Notes under the pieces: generated by a model | Database searches by the model: none | Seen by the model: the letters and a program-made list of their open reading frames with translations, nothing else | Told to the model about the DNA's origin: nothing | From: Octopus vulgaris | Taxonomy: Eukaryota | Assembly: GCA_951406725.2 (NCBI GenBank) | Contig: OX597829.1 | Coordinates: 50,282,001 to 50,346,000 of the forward strand | DNA: 64,000 bases | Direction: 5' to 3' | In this document: positions 38,992-51,944 of the stretch, piece by piece | Layout: every line of letters starts with the position of its first letter | How positions within the stretch are numbered: the stretch's first letter is position 1 | Made by a program: the position numbers and the translations under genes

Positions 38992-39966
38992 CAGAGAGAT
39001 AAAGACAGCTATAGCATCACAGCCTTTAGTTGCATTTCAAGTTGAAGTTTTATATATCCCCCTCTCTCTCTTTCGGAGAGGCACTGAGCAGCTACACGCA
39101 CACATACACACACGGCAATAACTTCCACCTACCGAATTCAATCACAAAGCTCCGGTCGGCTCGGGGCTATAGTGGAAGACACCTACCCAAAGTGCCACGC
39201 AGTGGGACTGAACCTGAAACCATGTAGCTAGGAAGCAAGCTCCCTAACCACACAGCCATGGAATTCCATATATACACATGTGTATGCATATACTGTCTTA
39301 GAAACCATAAGTCAGGAAAAATATACACTCCTATATTTGCCAATACAGTGAGAATCATCATCATCATCATCATCATCGTTTAACGTCCGCTTTCCATGCT
39401 AGCATGGGTTGGACGGTTCAACTGGGGTCTGGGAAGCCCGAAGGCTGCACCAGGCCAGTCAGATGTGGCAGTGTTTCTACAGCTGGATGCCCTTCCTAAC
39501 GCCAACCACTCCGAGAGTGTAGTGGGTGATTTTATGTGCCACCGACACAGGTGCCAGACGAGGCTGGCAGACGGCCACGCTCGGATGGTGTTTTTTATGT
39601 GCCACCGACACAGGTGCCAGACGAGGCTGGCAGTACAGTATTATAAATCCTTTACAGCCAATCATATACCAAGGGTTCAACAGGGTGTTGTATAGGAAGC
39701 CACTTATGTAACCATGCACTCTTGTATAACTGACATCTCTGAAGAGTGCAGGGTGACATAATTGGGCTGTTATGTAATGCTCCATTGAACCCCTTGTGCA
39801 AAATCGATTGGTTAAGATCAGATGCAATAGATATATAGAACTGTACACTTCAAATAATATATGTGCATATACATATATATATGCACTTACATATATGTAT
39901 ACATATCTATATCTAGATAGACAGCTATATATATATTTATAAATAGATACATACATACATACATAC

Positions 39967-40036
<70 letters not shown>

Positions 40037-41663
40037 ATATATATATATTTATATATGTGTGTGTGTATATATATATATATACATACATACATATATTCAT
40101 ACACACAGACATATATGCACATGCACACACACACGTGCACTCACATGCACACACAGGCACACATACATACATGCATACGCACGTGCCCATAAACGCATAT
40201 TCACAAACACATAAACACACACACAAACACGTTGTGTATGGTGCCTCATTATACCAAAGCTTAATAAAGCATACAGCAGGAATTTAATTGTAAAAAAAAC
40301 CCACACACACGAAGACATAAAAAAAAAGAAAAATTAGAGGAATATTCTCATAACAAACTGTTCCGTTGCTTTATTATATCACGCACAAACGAATGTAATG
40401 AACTCGTCAGACTCGGCTTGTCTTTGTGTTCTTCCTTTATTCCCTAATGAGCAGTAATTGTTTTTAATTGTTTATTTCAGTGTTCTTGTTATCTCACCAT
40501 GGCATTATATATATAAGCTTAAGGCAATAATCATTAAATGGCAAACTAAAGATTATAGCAAAAAAAAAAAACAAATGTAGGAGAGGAAAGAGAAAGGCCA
40601 AGCACTGTCAGCTTTAACTCTTTAGAATTTAAACCAGCTGTATAGCTGGCCCCAAAATAGTCTGCCTGTTATATATCTAAACTGGTTAGAACCTGCATCT
40701 AATACCTACCCTATACTCTTTACTCTTTTACTTGTTTCAGTCATTTGACTGCAGCCACGCTGGAGCACCGCCTTTAATCGAGCAACTCGACCCCGGGACT
40801 TATTCTTTTTGTAAGCCCAGTACTTATTCTATCGGTCTCTTTTGCCGAACCGCTAAGTAATGGGGACGTAAACACACCAGCATCGGTTGTCAAGCAATGC
40901 TAGGGGAACAAACACAGACACACAAACACATACACACACGCATATATATATATATATATATATACATATATACGACAGGCTTCTTTCAGTTTCCGTCTAC
41001 CAAATCCACTCACAAGGCTTTGGTCGGCCCGAGGCTATAGTAGAAGACACTTGCCCAAGGTGCCACGCAGTGGGACTGAACCCGGAACCATGTGGTCGGT
41101 AAACAAGCTACTTACCACACAGCCACTCCTGCGCCTGTCATACTAAAAATAAACAAAATCACAGAAAAAGCATCCAAGCTGGTGCCACGTAAAAGCACCC
41201 AGAACAATCTTATTTCTTCATTGCCCACAAGGGGATAAACATAGAGGGGACAAACAAAGACAGACAAAGGGATTAAGTCGTTTACATCGACCTCAGTGCG
41301 TAACTGGTACTTAATTTATCAACCCCCCGAAAGGATGAAAGGCAAAGTCGACCTCAGTGGAAATTGAACTCAGAACGTAAAGACAAACAAAATACCGGTA
41401 AGTATTTCGTCCGGAATGCTAACATTTCTGCCAGCTCGCCACCTTTAATGCACCCAGAACACTGTGTTAAGTGATTGGTGTTTGTGAAGGGCATCCAGCC
41501 ATAGAAACCATGCCAAAAACAGACGACAGGAGCATTAGGGCAGCTCTCAGGCTGGCCAGCTCCAGTCAAATCATCCAACCTGTGCCGGCATGGAAAACTG
41601 ACATTGAACGCTGATGAAGAGGAAGATGGTGGTGGTGGTTGTGGTGGCAGTGGCAGTAATGCT

Positions 41664-41694
<31 letters not shown>

Positions 41695-43632
41695 ATAATG
41701 ACAGTCTAAGAGCTATGAGATAATGCTTGATTAATTCAAAACAACATGAATAAATAAGCATCGCATTTGACAGAATAATCCGAATGCTGAAGGGTTAAAA
41801 GCAATAAAGAATCAATCCGACACAATTAAAATCCATCATACAAAATTCAAGAGAGAGAAAAAAATTCCCAACATGGACACACCAAAAAATCATGGTAAAT
41901 ACGAAAAAAAAATTTTAAATATGTGGCCGGATGAAATGTCTGAGTGCCATTTTGGCATTTTGTATCATCTCGAGTCATTAGCCAGCAAAATGCATTAAAA
42001 TTCTTTAATCAGTTGAAACAAGAAGCTAAGTATGTCACTCAAATAATTTGTGGCATCTTGTGGTTGGTTTGAGAAGTTTGAGAAACTATCTAATATTTAC
42101 AGGGTTTGGATAATTAGATGTAGGCATGGCTGTGTGGTCAAGAAGTTCCCCTTGCAGGTGTGTCGTTTCAGGTTCAGTTCCATTGTGCAGTACCTTGGGT
42201 AAGTGTCCTGAGTTTATAGCACCAGGCTGACCAATGCCTTGCGAGTGAATCTGGAAGATGGTGGCAAATGTGTGGAAACCTCTGTGTGTGTGTGTGTGTG
42301 TAATTTGCTGTTCTGTGATAGAAAATTCAACAAAAAAAAAAGTGCTTCAACTCTGAAAGCCTGATACCTGTTCCCTTCCACAGCTTTCTTCTATGATGTG
42401 GGGATCACTCAGAAGCAAATGATGTCAATGCTTGCTATGATTATGCATTCATTTGATAACAGAAACAACCAATAGAAACCAGCTATCACACAGTTTATTG
42501 ATGATCTAATTAATGCTTGTTAGCTTTCAAACCTTCCGCTTTCAATGTATATATATTATATATCATCATCATCATCATCATCATTTAACGTCCGCTTTCC
42601 ATGCTAGTGGGTTGGACCACGCACCAGTCCAGTCAGATCTGGCAGTGTTTCTACAGCTGGATGCCCTTCCTATATGTATGGGTGATTTTATGTATATGGC
42701 AGACGGCCACGCTCGGATATGTGCCATATATATGGTGTTTTTATGTCCATATGATATCGGATATATATATATATGGTTTTCTTGTGTGCCACGTGCCACC
42801 GCACTGGTACCACAAAGATACAAATATATATATTTATATATATCTGGCAGAAACTGACTACGTCCCAGGTAGGGGCCACAGGTTATGGCCTGACTATATA
42901 TATGTATGTATGTATGTATATATATCTATATATATATGTATGCATATATACTGGCAGAAAGGTTAGCATGCCGGGCGAAATACATAGCCGTATTTCGTCT
43001 GCCATTAAGTGTTCTGGGTTCAAATTCTGCCGAGGTCGACTTTGCTTTTCATCCTTTCGGGGTCGATAAATTAAGTACCAGTTACGCACTGGGGTCGATG
43101 TAATCGACTTAATCCCTTTGTCTGTCCTTGTTTGTCCCCTCTATATTTAGCCCCTTGTGGGTAGTAAAGAAATATATATATATATATATGTTTATATTAA
43201 TTGAAGTGTACAGTATCATATATCAGTATCATATATCCATTATGGTTGATCTTACCAATCAGTTTCACACTAAGGGTTCAACAGAGTGTTAGGTAACAGT
43301 CCGATTATGTAACCCTGCACTCATCAGAGGTAACTGTTATGGAATGAAATATGACAACTACTCTCTATTGTCGGAAGTGCATAGACACATCAGGTCTGTG
43401 GTTGTTGTGAAAATGCTGATGAAACAAATCAAGCAAGCGATTGAGTTAAGAGTTATGTAGCTTGGTGCCAAGACATCGTTTCTGGAAGTGTGCTTTGTTG
43501 CAAGTCAGCAAGAGCTTTCTGGAAAAGAGTTTGGGAGAAATGTGTGTGTTTTTAAGGTTAGTGTTCTTGTGGAAATGGAATGTGTGTAGTAGTATTACAT
43601 GTATAGCCTTTGCAGGTGGAGGGGGAGGGCAT

Positions 43633-43680
<48 letters not shown>

Positions 43681-43783
43681 TGGAGTAAACACATAAATGT
43701 GAAACAAGGTGGAAAAAAGAGTACTCAAATACCAGTGGTAGAGTAATATGCTTTATTTAAAGCAGCAGAAAATTCAACAAAAC

Positions 43784-43821
43784 CTGTTACTCTGAGTTTC
43801 ACGTTGCCGTTCATCAGACAG
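43784..43821 (-). ncRNA. Minimal type I hammerhead ribozyme motif in an inverted Penelope pseudo-LTR pair (43751-43908)
   Basis: Minus strand CTGT-CTGATGA-ACG gcaa CGT-GAAA-CTCAGAG-TA-ACAG. Confidence 0.7.
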
Positions 43822-43923
43822 TTTTTGCTAGAAAAAACTGTCCAACGAACGGCAACGTGAAACTCAGAGTAACAGGTTTTGTTGAATTTTCTGCTGCTTT
43901 AAATAAAGTATATATAGATATAT

Positions 43924-44133
43924 ACAGGGTGTCCCAGAAGTCGCACACCGTTCTGGTTTTCATTTTAAATAATTAAAGTATTTTATTTTATTATATTTTT
44001 TCGGTATGTTTTATTGTAGAGGGTGCTCAATTTGAGCATTTGTTACGATTAATTTCAATAACGTGTTTTTGAAATTAGTAAGGGTCTATTCTTTTAAAAA
44101 ACCAGAGTGGTGAAAGACTTCTGGGACACCCTG
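43924..44133. mobile_element. Tc1-type MITE
   Basis: TA|CAGGGTGTCCCAGAAGTC...GACTTCTGGGACACCCTG|TA. Confidence 0.85.
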
Positions 44134-44140
44134 TATATAT

Positions 44141-44235
<95 letters not shown>

Positions 44236-45353
44236 TAGATAGATACATACATACATACATATATATAGATACATATATATAGATACATATATACATATAT
44301 AGATACATACATACATACATACATACATCCATACATACATACAAGATATTATAATAGTATATTAATATATCATGATATATTAAATACCTTGTAATATAGG
44401 TGGCTAAAGCAATTAAAACCAAAAAGGCAAAATTCATAAATAAGGGTGCAAAACAGCATGTTTAATTGCTAGAAATAACAGCTAAAAAATATAACTCATG
44501 TATTTCTTATTGGTTTGGAAAAAACTTTGCAGAAATGTAGCTAAAGAAGATGACTATAGAACAGAGAATGAAAAATCTTGATCAACTGTAGCTTTGTGGA
44601 AATGGTACAGGAATTGTGGGATTTGAAGTGAGATACATGTAGCATTTATGATTTACGGTATCATGATAACAAGATTCTTACTTGTCTTATTGCATACAGA
44701 AAACAAGATTCTCATCTGAGAAGACCTTTTAATAAGTTAATAGAACAGCATGTGTCTAGCTCTGATAGTGAAAAACAGACTTCAGCAGAATTGCTTTTAA
44801 CAACAGGAATCTTATGAGGAAAGCATTAGCAAAACACTTGTTGCTTTCACTAACTTTCAGATTTTGAAAAAAGAAAAAAAAGAGAGAACTATGAAAGAAT
44901 TCGAGGTTCATGTCAAAAAGGCAAAGCATTTCAACCTGTGATGCCTTTTTCTATAAAAATAAAAATCTAGCAGAACCGTTAGTACCTTATTTTTTTTTTA
45001 TTGTTTTCAATATTTCTGTACATGTTGCATAAACTAAAGAAATTATTTCAATATTTTTTCTCTCATTGAATCACATAGAGTTTTCCTCAAAGAACATTTT
45101 TCCGATAAAAGTGTGTACCTTTTTCGTTTTATTGAATAATATTTCCATATTTTTGCCGAAGAGATTTTTTGCGATAGATATTGTGACACAGTAAGCATAC
45201 TGTATATTAAATAAGTGCATATTTTCTTCAATATTAAAAGAACTTGATCTGCATAAAAACTGTTCTACATTTCTCTGATAAACATAGTGATAGTGAAGTA
45301 ATGAAAATAAAACATACTAATTTCATTTAATGGAAGCATCATTGGTGAATGTA

Positions 45354-45384
<31 letters not shown>

Positions 45385-45779
45385 CTGTGTCTGTGTGTGT
45401 GTATGCTTTGATGCAAACAGGAAAAATAGAACTCAAAGAACTTTGAGTCACTCTGCTACATCTGCTTATTATTAATATACACACAAAACACACACACACA
45501 CGCGTGCGCACATACGCACACACACACATGCACACACACACACACGCACACACACACACACACATATAGAGGATGCAGTGAATATATTCTTTTTTCTCTA
45601 GGCACAAGGTTCGAAATTTTGGAGGAGGGGGGCAGTCGATTAGATCCATCCCAGTATGCAACTGGTACTTAACTTATCAACCCCAAAAGCGGAATTTGAA
45701 CTCTGAACATAAAGACATATGAAATACCACTAAGCATTTCACCCAGAATGCTAACATTTCTGCCATCTCACCGCCTTAA

Positions 45780-46646
45780 TGCAGTCAATAGACTGTCGTC
45801 TAAATTACGCAAAAATGAAAATAACACTGACATCTCATTTTAACGGATATAATTTACCAAAATTACATAAAAATATCCTGAAATACTAAAGAGTAAATTT
45901 ATTCAATAAAATCGCCATTGGCTTCAACAGCCACCTCCAGATGACTTCAGATTCTCCTGCAACTCTTTTGGACAGTCACCTTGTTTAAGTTGGTGAATGC
46001 TGCCATAATCCTTGCCTTCAGTTCATCTATGGTGTTACAAGGAGTTTTGTTGGTCTCTCACTCATCTGTGCTCCACACATAATAATCAAAGGGGTTGCAG
46101 TCTGGGAAGTTAGTTGGTCAGATGTTAGGGGTGATGTGGTTGCAGAAATTGTCTGACAGCCATGACTGGGTTCTCCTCCTTGTGTAGCATGGTGCAGAGC
46201 CCCTGTTGCCCACATTGGGTATTCCAGAAACACCCTCTTGACCCAGGGCAGCACTACCTCCTCCAGGCACTTGATTTAGGCCTCCATGTTGAGTCTGAGG
46301 CCATGTGGGAAAATGAATGGAGGCATAATGTCACCATCACTCGTGATCACTCCAAACACCATGGTGTTGACTGGATGTTTGATTTCTATCACTCTCGATA
46401 CATATCCTCAGATTGGCACCAAAACACTCTGAAATGTTTGTATTGGAACTTCCAATGTGAATGCCAAGTGTACAGCATGTTTCCAAATTTCTGGCAGACT
46501 GAATTGTGTCGTGGTGCTGTTTTTCTCACAGACTGTGCCTAACTGACCCTACTATACTGAGTAGTCAACAAAATCAAAAACAAACAATACCCATGCATGA
46601 AATTAAAAAATATAAAATGGTGACTATTTACCCATCACACCCTGTA
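45780..46646 (-). mobile_element. Degenerate Tc1/mariner (maT-like) element
   Basis: Minus strand encodes PDCNPFDYYVW...ERETNK; terminus TA|CAGGGTGATGGG. Confidence 0.75.
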
Positions 46647-47289
46647 GATGTGTACACGCATGCATGTGTGTGTGTGTATATATATATATATAGAGAGAGA
46701 AAGAAAAACAGACAGACAGACAGACAGAAAGAGGCGCAATGGCCTAGTGGTTAGGGCAGCGGACTCGCGGTCGCAGGATCGCGGTTTCGATTCTCAGACC
46801 GGGCGTTGTGTGTGTTTATTGAGCGAAAACACCTAAAAGCTCTACGAGGCTCCGGCAGGGGGTGGTGATGCCTGCTGTACTCTTTCACCACAATGGCGGT
46901 GCCCCAGCATGGCCACAGCTCAAGAGCTGAAACTGGAAAAACAAAACAAAAAAAAAAAGATAGAGATAGTGAGAGGGAGAAGGAAGGAGAAGGCAGGTGT
47001 ACAATGTTGCATGGTAAACAACAGAAGGTATGCACAGAAAACAGGAAGCAAAAAGCACAAAGAATGTGGATGTGCTGCTCAACCCCCTCATCGGTTATCA
47101 AACAAAAATCATCACAATTTCAGTTCCTTATCAACGATATTGTTCAATTTGGTGGCATTGACAGCAGAATACTGCAGGGAATATAAAAGAGCAAACACAA
47201 AGGACAGCATAATGCAAGTACCAAAAAGAAAAAAAAAAACATGGGACTTCTAGATCGAATGTTAAAATGGGAGAGTTTTAAGGTCAATG

Positions 47290-47475
47290 ACACACACATT
47301 CACACAGATACACACACACACACACAACACACACACATACACAACACACACATACATTCACATACACACACATTCACACAAAACAATCACACATGCACAT
47401 TAATACACTCACACACATGCACACACACATGCACACACACATACACACACACATTCACATACAGTCACTCACACA

Positions 47476-47540
<65 letters not shown>

Positions 47541-47721
47541 TCACACACACACATTCACATACACACATTCACACAAAACAATCACACATGCACATTAATA
47601 CACTCACACACATGCACACACACATGCACACACACATACACACACACATTCACATACAGTCACTCACACACTCACTCTCACACATTCACACTCCCACACA
47701 AACATACATGTGCACACACAC

Positions 47722-47763
<42 letters not shown>

Positions 47764-47952
47764 TCACATACACACATTCACACAAAACAATCACACATGC
47801 ACATTAACACACTCACACACACACACATACACACACATATACACACACATTCACACACATTCACTCACACACTCACTCTCATACACATTCACACTCCCAC
47901 ACAAACACATACATGCGCGCGCACACACACACACACGCATGCACACACATAC
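47290..47952. repeat. Compound (CA)n array with a ~190 bp higher-order repeat
   Basis: CACAAAACAATCACACATGCACATTAA recurs three times, at ~47376, 47571 and 47780. Confidence 0.85.
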
Positions 47953-48450
47953 ACGTCTTTTAACTTTTAGTTGCTTCAGTCATTAGATTGTGACCATGCT
48001 GGAGTACAGCCCTGGAGAATCGAATCAACGTCAATACTTATTTACTTTAATTCTAATGCTTATTCTATTGGTATCATTTGCCAAACTGCTAAGTTTTGGG
48101 GCCATAAACAGACCAGCACCAGTTACCAAGTAGTAGTGGGGGACAAACACAGACACAAACACACATACATATCTACACACACACACACATATGTGTGTGT
48201 GTGTGTGTGTGTGTGTTTCATGGACTATGAACTCACCAACATTGGTTGTCAAGTGATGGTAGGAGAACTACCACAGACACATAAATACACACACATACGA
48301 TGAGCTTCTTTCAGTTTCCGAGTACCAAATCCACTCACAAAGGTTTGGTCAACCCGCGACTATAGTAGAAGACACTTACCCAAGATGCCAAACAGTGGGA
48401 CTGAACCCAGAACCATGTGCCTGGGAAGCAAGCTTCTTACCACACAGCCA

Positions 48451-48499
<49 letters not shown>

Positions 48500-48546
48500 C
48501 ACAAGACCTTAAAAAGATGAACCGGATCATCTTAGCAATTTCGGCT

Positions 48547-48591
<45 letters not shown>

Positions 48592-49400
48592 TACATATAT
48601 CATACATATATATGTATGATATATATATATATATATAAACTTTCATGCACAGACGCACACAAATATTATCTTACCTATCCGAGTTAATAATCCGTAAAAC
48701 TTGTCCAAACACGGATTATATTCTCTTCATAATATAAATAAATAAATAACTAAACAGACATAGAAACAAAAAAATATATGAATACAAGATAAATTAGATA
48801 ATATACTTTCCACAAGAGAGATAATAAAAATAATAAAAAATCAGAAAAGAAAAGAAATGAACAATATAATAGTGCAACAAAGGCTTGAAACATCCTGTAG
48901 ATAAATTAGTGACTAATAGTTAGTGAAACCCACCAGGAAAACAGATGAATAGGCCTATTAATACTACTACTACTATTCATTCGGAAGCTGCTGTTGCTAT
49001 TACTAATACTACTACTATTACTAAAAGAAAAAGGAGTCTCCTGTCAAAGATGACGTATGAGCTGAGAGTTCAGCTTTTTTGCCGGACGAGTTGCACAAAT
49101 GATTTTGTTTATTGTGATCGAATTTACGTGCTGCTTGTACATTAGCTCAATCTCGCTCCATCGAATCGATGTTGTCTGGAACAGGTGCACACAGGTGTGC
49201 CATATGCGTCCAGGTGTCGAAGTGATCGCAGAGCAACGTGAGTAGATATGAAGTATTGCTTTCGCTCAAGAACAACACACAATGCACTACTACCCCTGTC
49301 TAGGGACTGAAATCATGATCTAGCAATCACGAGTGCAACAAACCTGACCACAAGGCCACCACCACTACTACTGCTGCTGCTGCTACTACTACTGCTGCTG

Positions 49401-49432
<32 letters not shown>

Positions 49433-49489
49433 GATACTACTATTACTGATAATAATAATAGTTATTATTATCATTATTATTATTATTAA

Positions 49490-49535
<46 letters not shown>

Positions 49536-50485
49536 TTTACTCTAGGCACAAGACCTTAAAAATTTGGCAGGGAAAGGGGCTGGTCGACCTCAGTATGCAA
49601 CTGGTACTTAATTTATGGAACCCGAAAAGATGAAAGGCAAAGTCGACCTCAGTGGAATTTGAACTCAGAACGTAAAGACAAATACTGCTTAGTATTTTGT
49701 CCAGTATACTAATGATTCTGCTAGCTGCCCTAATAATAACAACAACAACAACAATAATAATAATAACAAGGCCTGAAATTTTGGGGGAGGGGTAGTTCAT
49801 TACATCAACCCAATACTCAACTGGTACTTAATTACATCAACTCAATACTCAACTGGTATTTAATTACATCAACTCAATACTCAACTGGTATTTAATTTAT
49901 CAATCCTTAAAGGACGAAAAGCAAAGTCAACCTTGGCAGAATTTGAACTCAGAATGTAAAGCGCCAGAAGAAATGCCAATAAGCATTTCACCCAATGTGC
50001 AAATGATTCTACCAGCTTGCCACCTTAATAATAATGATGATGATGATGATGATGATGATTAATGATAATAATAGTAATAATTGGCTCCCGTGGCTTCTGA
50101 TCTTAACTGATCGGAAGTGCTATCATGTACATTGTCTTGTCTTGGTATAAAAGATGGGTTTTACAGCAAATATTCTGATCAATACCACAGATTTGCTTGT
50201 CAGTTGTTTGACTTTAACCAGTTGACCATGTCCCTTAGTGGCTGACGATATGTGCATCTCTGATCACAAGTAGAAGTAGTAGGGGAGCATCATAGCCAAT
50301 GTGTTGAAAGGAATTCTTTGGAGTTTGGATAATTCACCCGTGGAAACATGAGTATTTTGTTCAACATCCTTAAACAAACCTTATTCAAAGACTTTTTGAG
50401 CGGGATGGGCTACTCAACCTGAACAAAATTTTAACTGGGCCCCACCTGCAAGGTCATGTGCTGTTTATCTTGATATGAGATCATC

Positions 50486-51423
50486 CTTGCTGTATGTGAC
50501 TGAGCATTATCCTGATGGAAGAACACCTTTTGTCTTGAAAGCAAAGGTGGTTGTTTTTCCTCTAGCGCTGATTTAAGCTGCTCACTGTAGATCTCCTTTG
50601 TTATCGTTTGGTTTGGGGTTAAAAGTTCAAAATGGACTAAACCTTTCATATCCCACCAAACAGATAACAACACCTGACATGGGGGAAAACCTTCTTTAGC
50701 CTGGAGTGCCAATGTTTCTCTTTTCCCAACCCACTGTTTTCAGTGATTAACATTTTTATAGAGAACCCATTTCTTGTCACCAGTCACTATTCAGTCCCCC
50801 AAAAAAGGTCATTCGTGAGATGTGACAGCAAAGAAGAGCACACATTCACTCTCTGCATGTGATTAGATTTGGAATGTTGGTGAGGAACCCATTGGCCTAA
50901 TTTGCAGATTTTTCTGATGGCATGCAGGTGTTGATGAATGGTTGAATGACTAAATCCAAGCTTCTCTGCTAGTTCCTCAACAATTATGATGGGATTTTGT
51001 TCCACCAGGGTTTGCCGGACGTCCTCATTGTGCTCTACAGATCTTCCAGGACAAGGCTCAACTTCAATGCTGTAGTTTCCGGCTCACAATATCTGGAACC
51101 ACCATTGACACTGGCTTATGCTTATTCTCCAATCCCCATATACTTCATTAATATTCCTTGCACTTTCTTTTGCCTCGTTGCCTTTATTGAACTCATAAAG
51201 CAGAATATGCCAAATATGCTCCTTTGTTACTTCCATTATAGCTTTGAAAAAAAATAACTGTTAAAATCGAACTGCACTCTTCAAAACTTGCACTAAGAAT
51301 AAGGACACAGTAAAATTACCTCCTGTTTTATAGCAAGTTGATGCAGGTAGTTTATCCCATTCTTCCTCTGACTTTTAGTTCATGCAATTGAAAAAAACTG
51401 CATTATTTATGGGATGACCCAAT
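50486..51423 (-). mobile_element. Degenerate mariner transposase
   Basis: Peptides EELAEKLGFSHSTIHQHLHAI..KLGQWVPH, LLSVWWDMKGLVHFELL and FFHQDNA; frameshifted. Confidence 0.9.
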
Positions 51424-51560
51424 ACATTGTGTATGTGTGTGTGTGTGTATGTATGTAAATACATATGCATTCATACATAAGTGTGTGTGTGTACACAGAT
51501 GCATGTATACATACATATACATATATATATATACATATATATATATATACATATATATAT

Positions 51561-51623
<63 letters not shown>

Positions 51624-51944
51624 CATATATATATATATATATATAAAAGTGCATGTTTCTATATAAGCATGTGTATATTTGTTTGTGTATGCATTTATGT
51701 GTACCATAGTAACAAAGTGTTTTCAATGCAGTAAAACCAAACAATGGTACCCCCCCCTCTACGTCTTCCTCTCCATTTCCATGCCCACCAACGGCCACCA
51801 TGACTGTTTACATAAATAGCTAATAAGGTAGGAGTGACCAAGCAATAATGTTACATGAATACCTAATAAAGCAGAAGTGACTAAGTGATAATGTTACAGA
51901 GGATGTTATGGTGAGCCTCCAGAAATTCATTACAACAAAAGCAG

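Noticed and set aside
45043-45248. Possible terminal exon on the minus strand (QVLLILKK...KRKRYTLLSEK...*)
   Set aside because: Has an AG acceptor but no recognisable homology, and it lies in an AT-rich CEP104 intron where such frames occur by chance.
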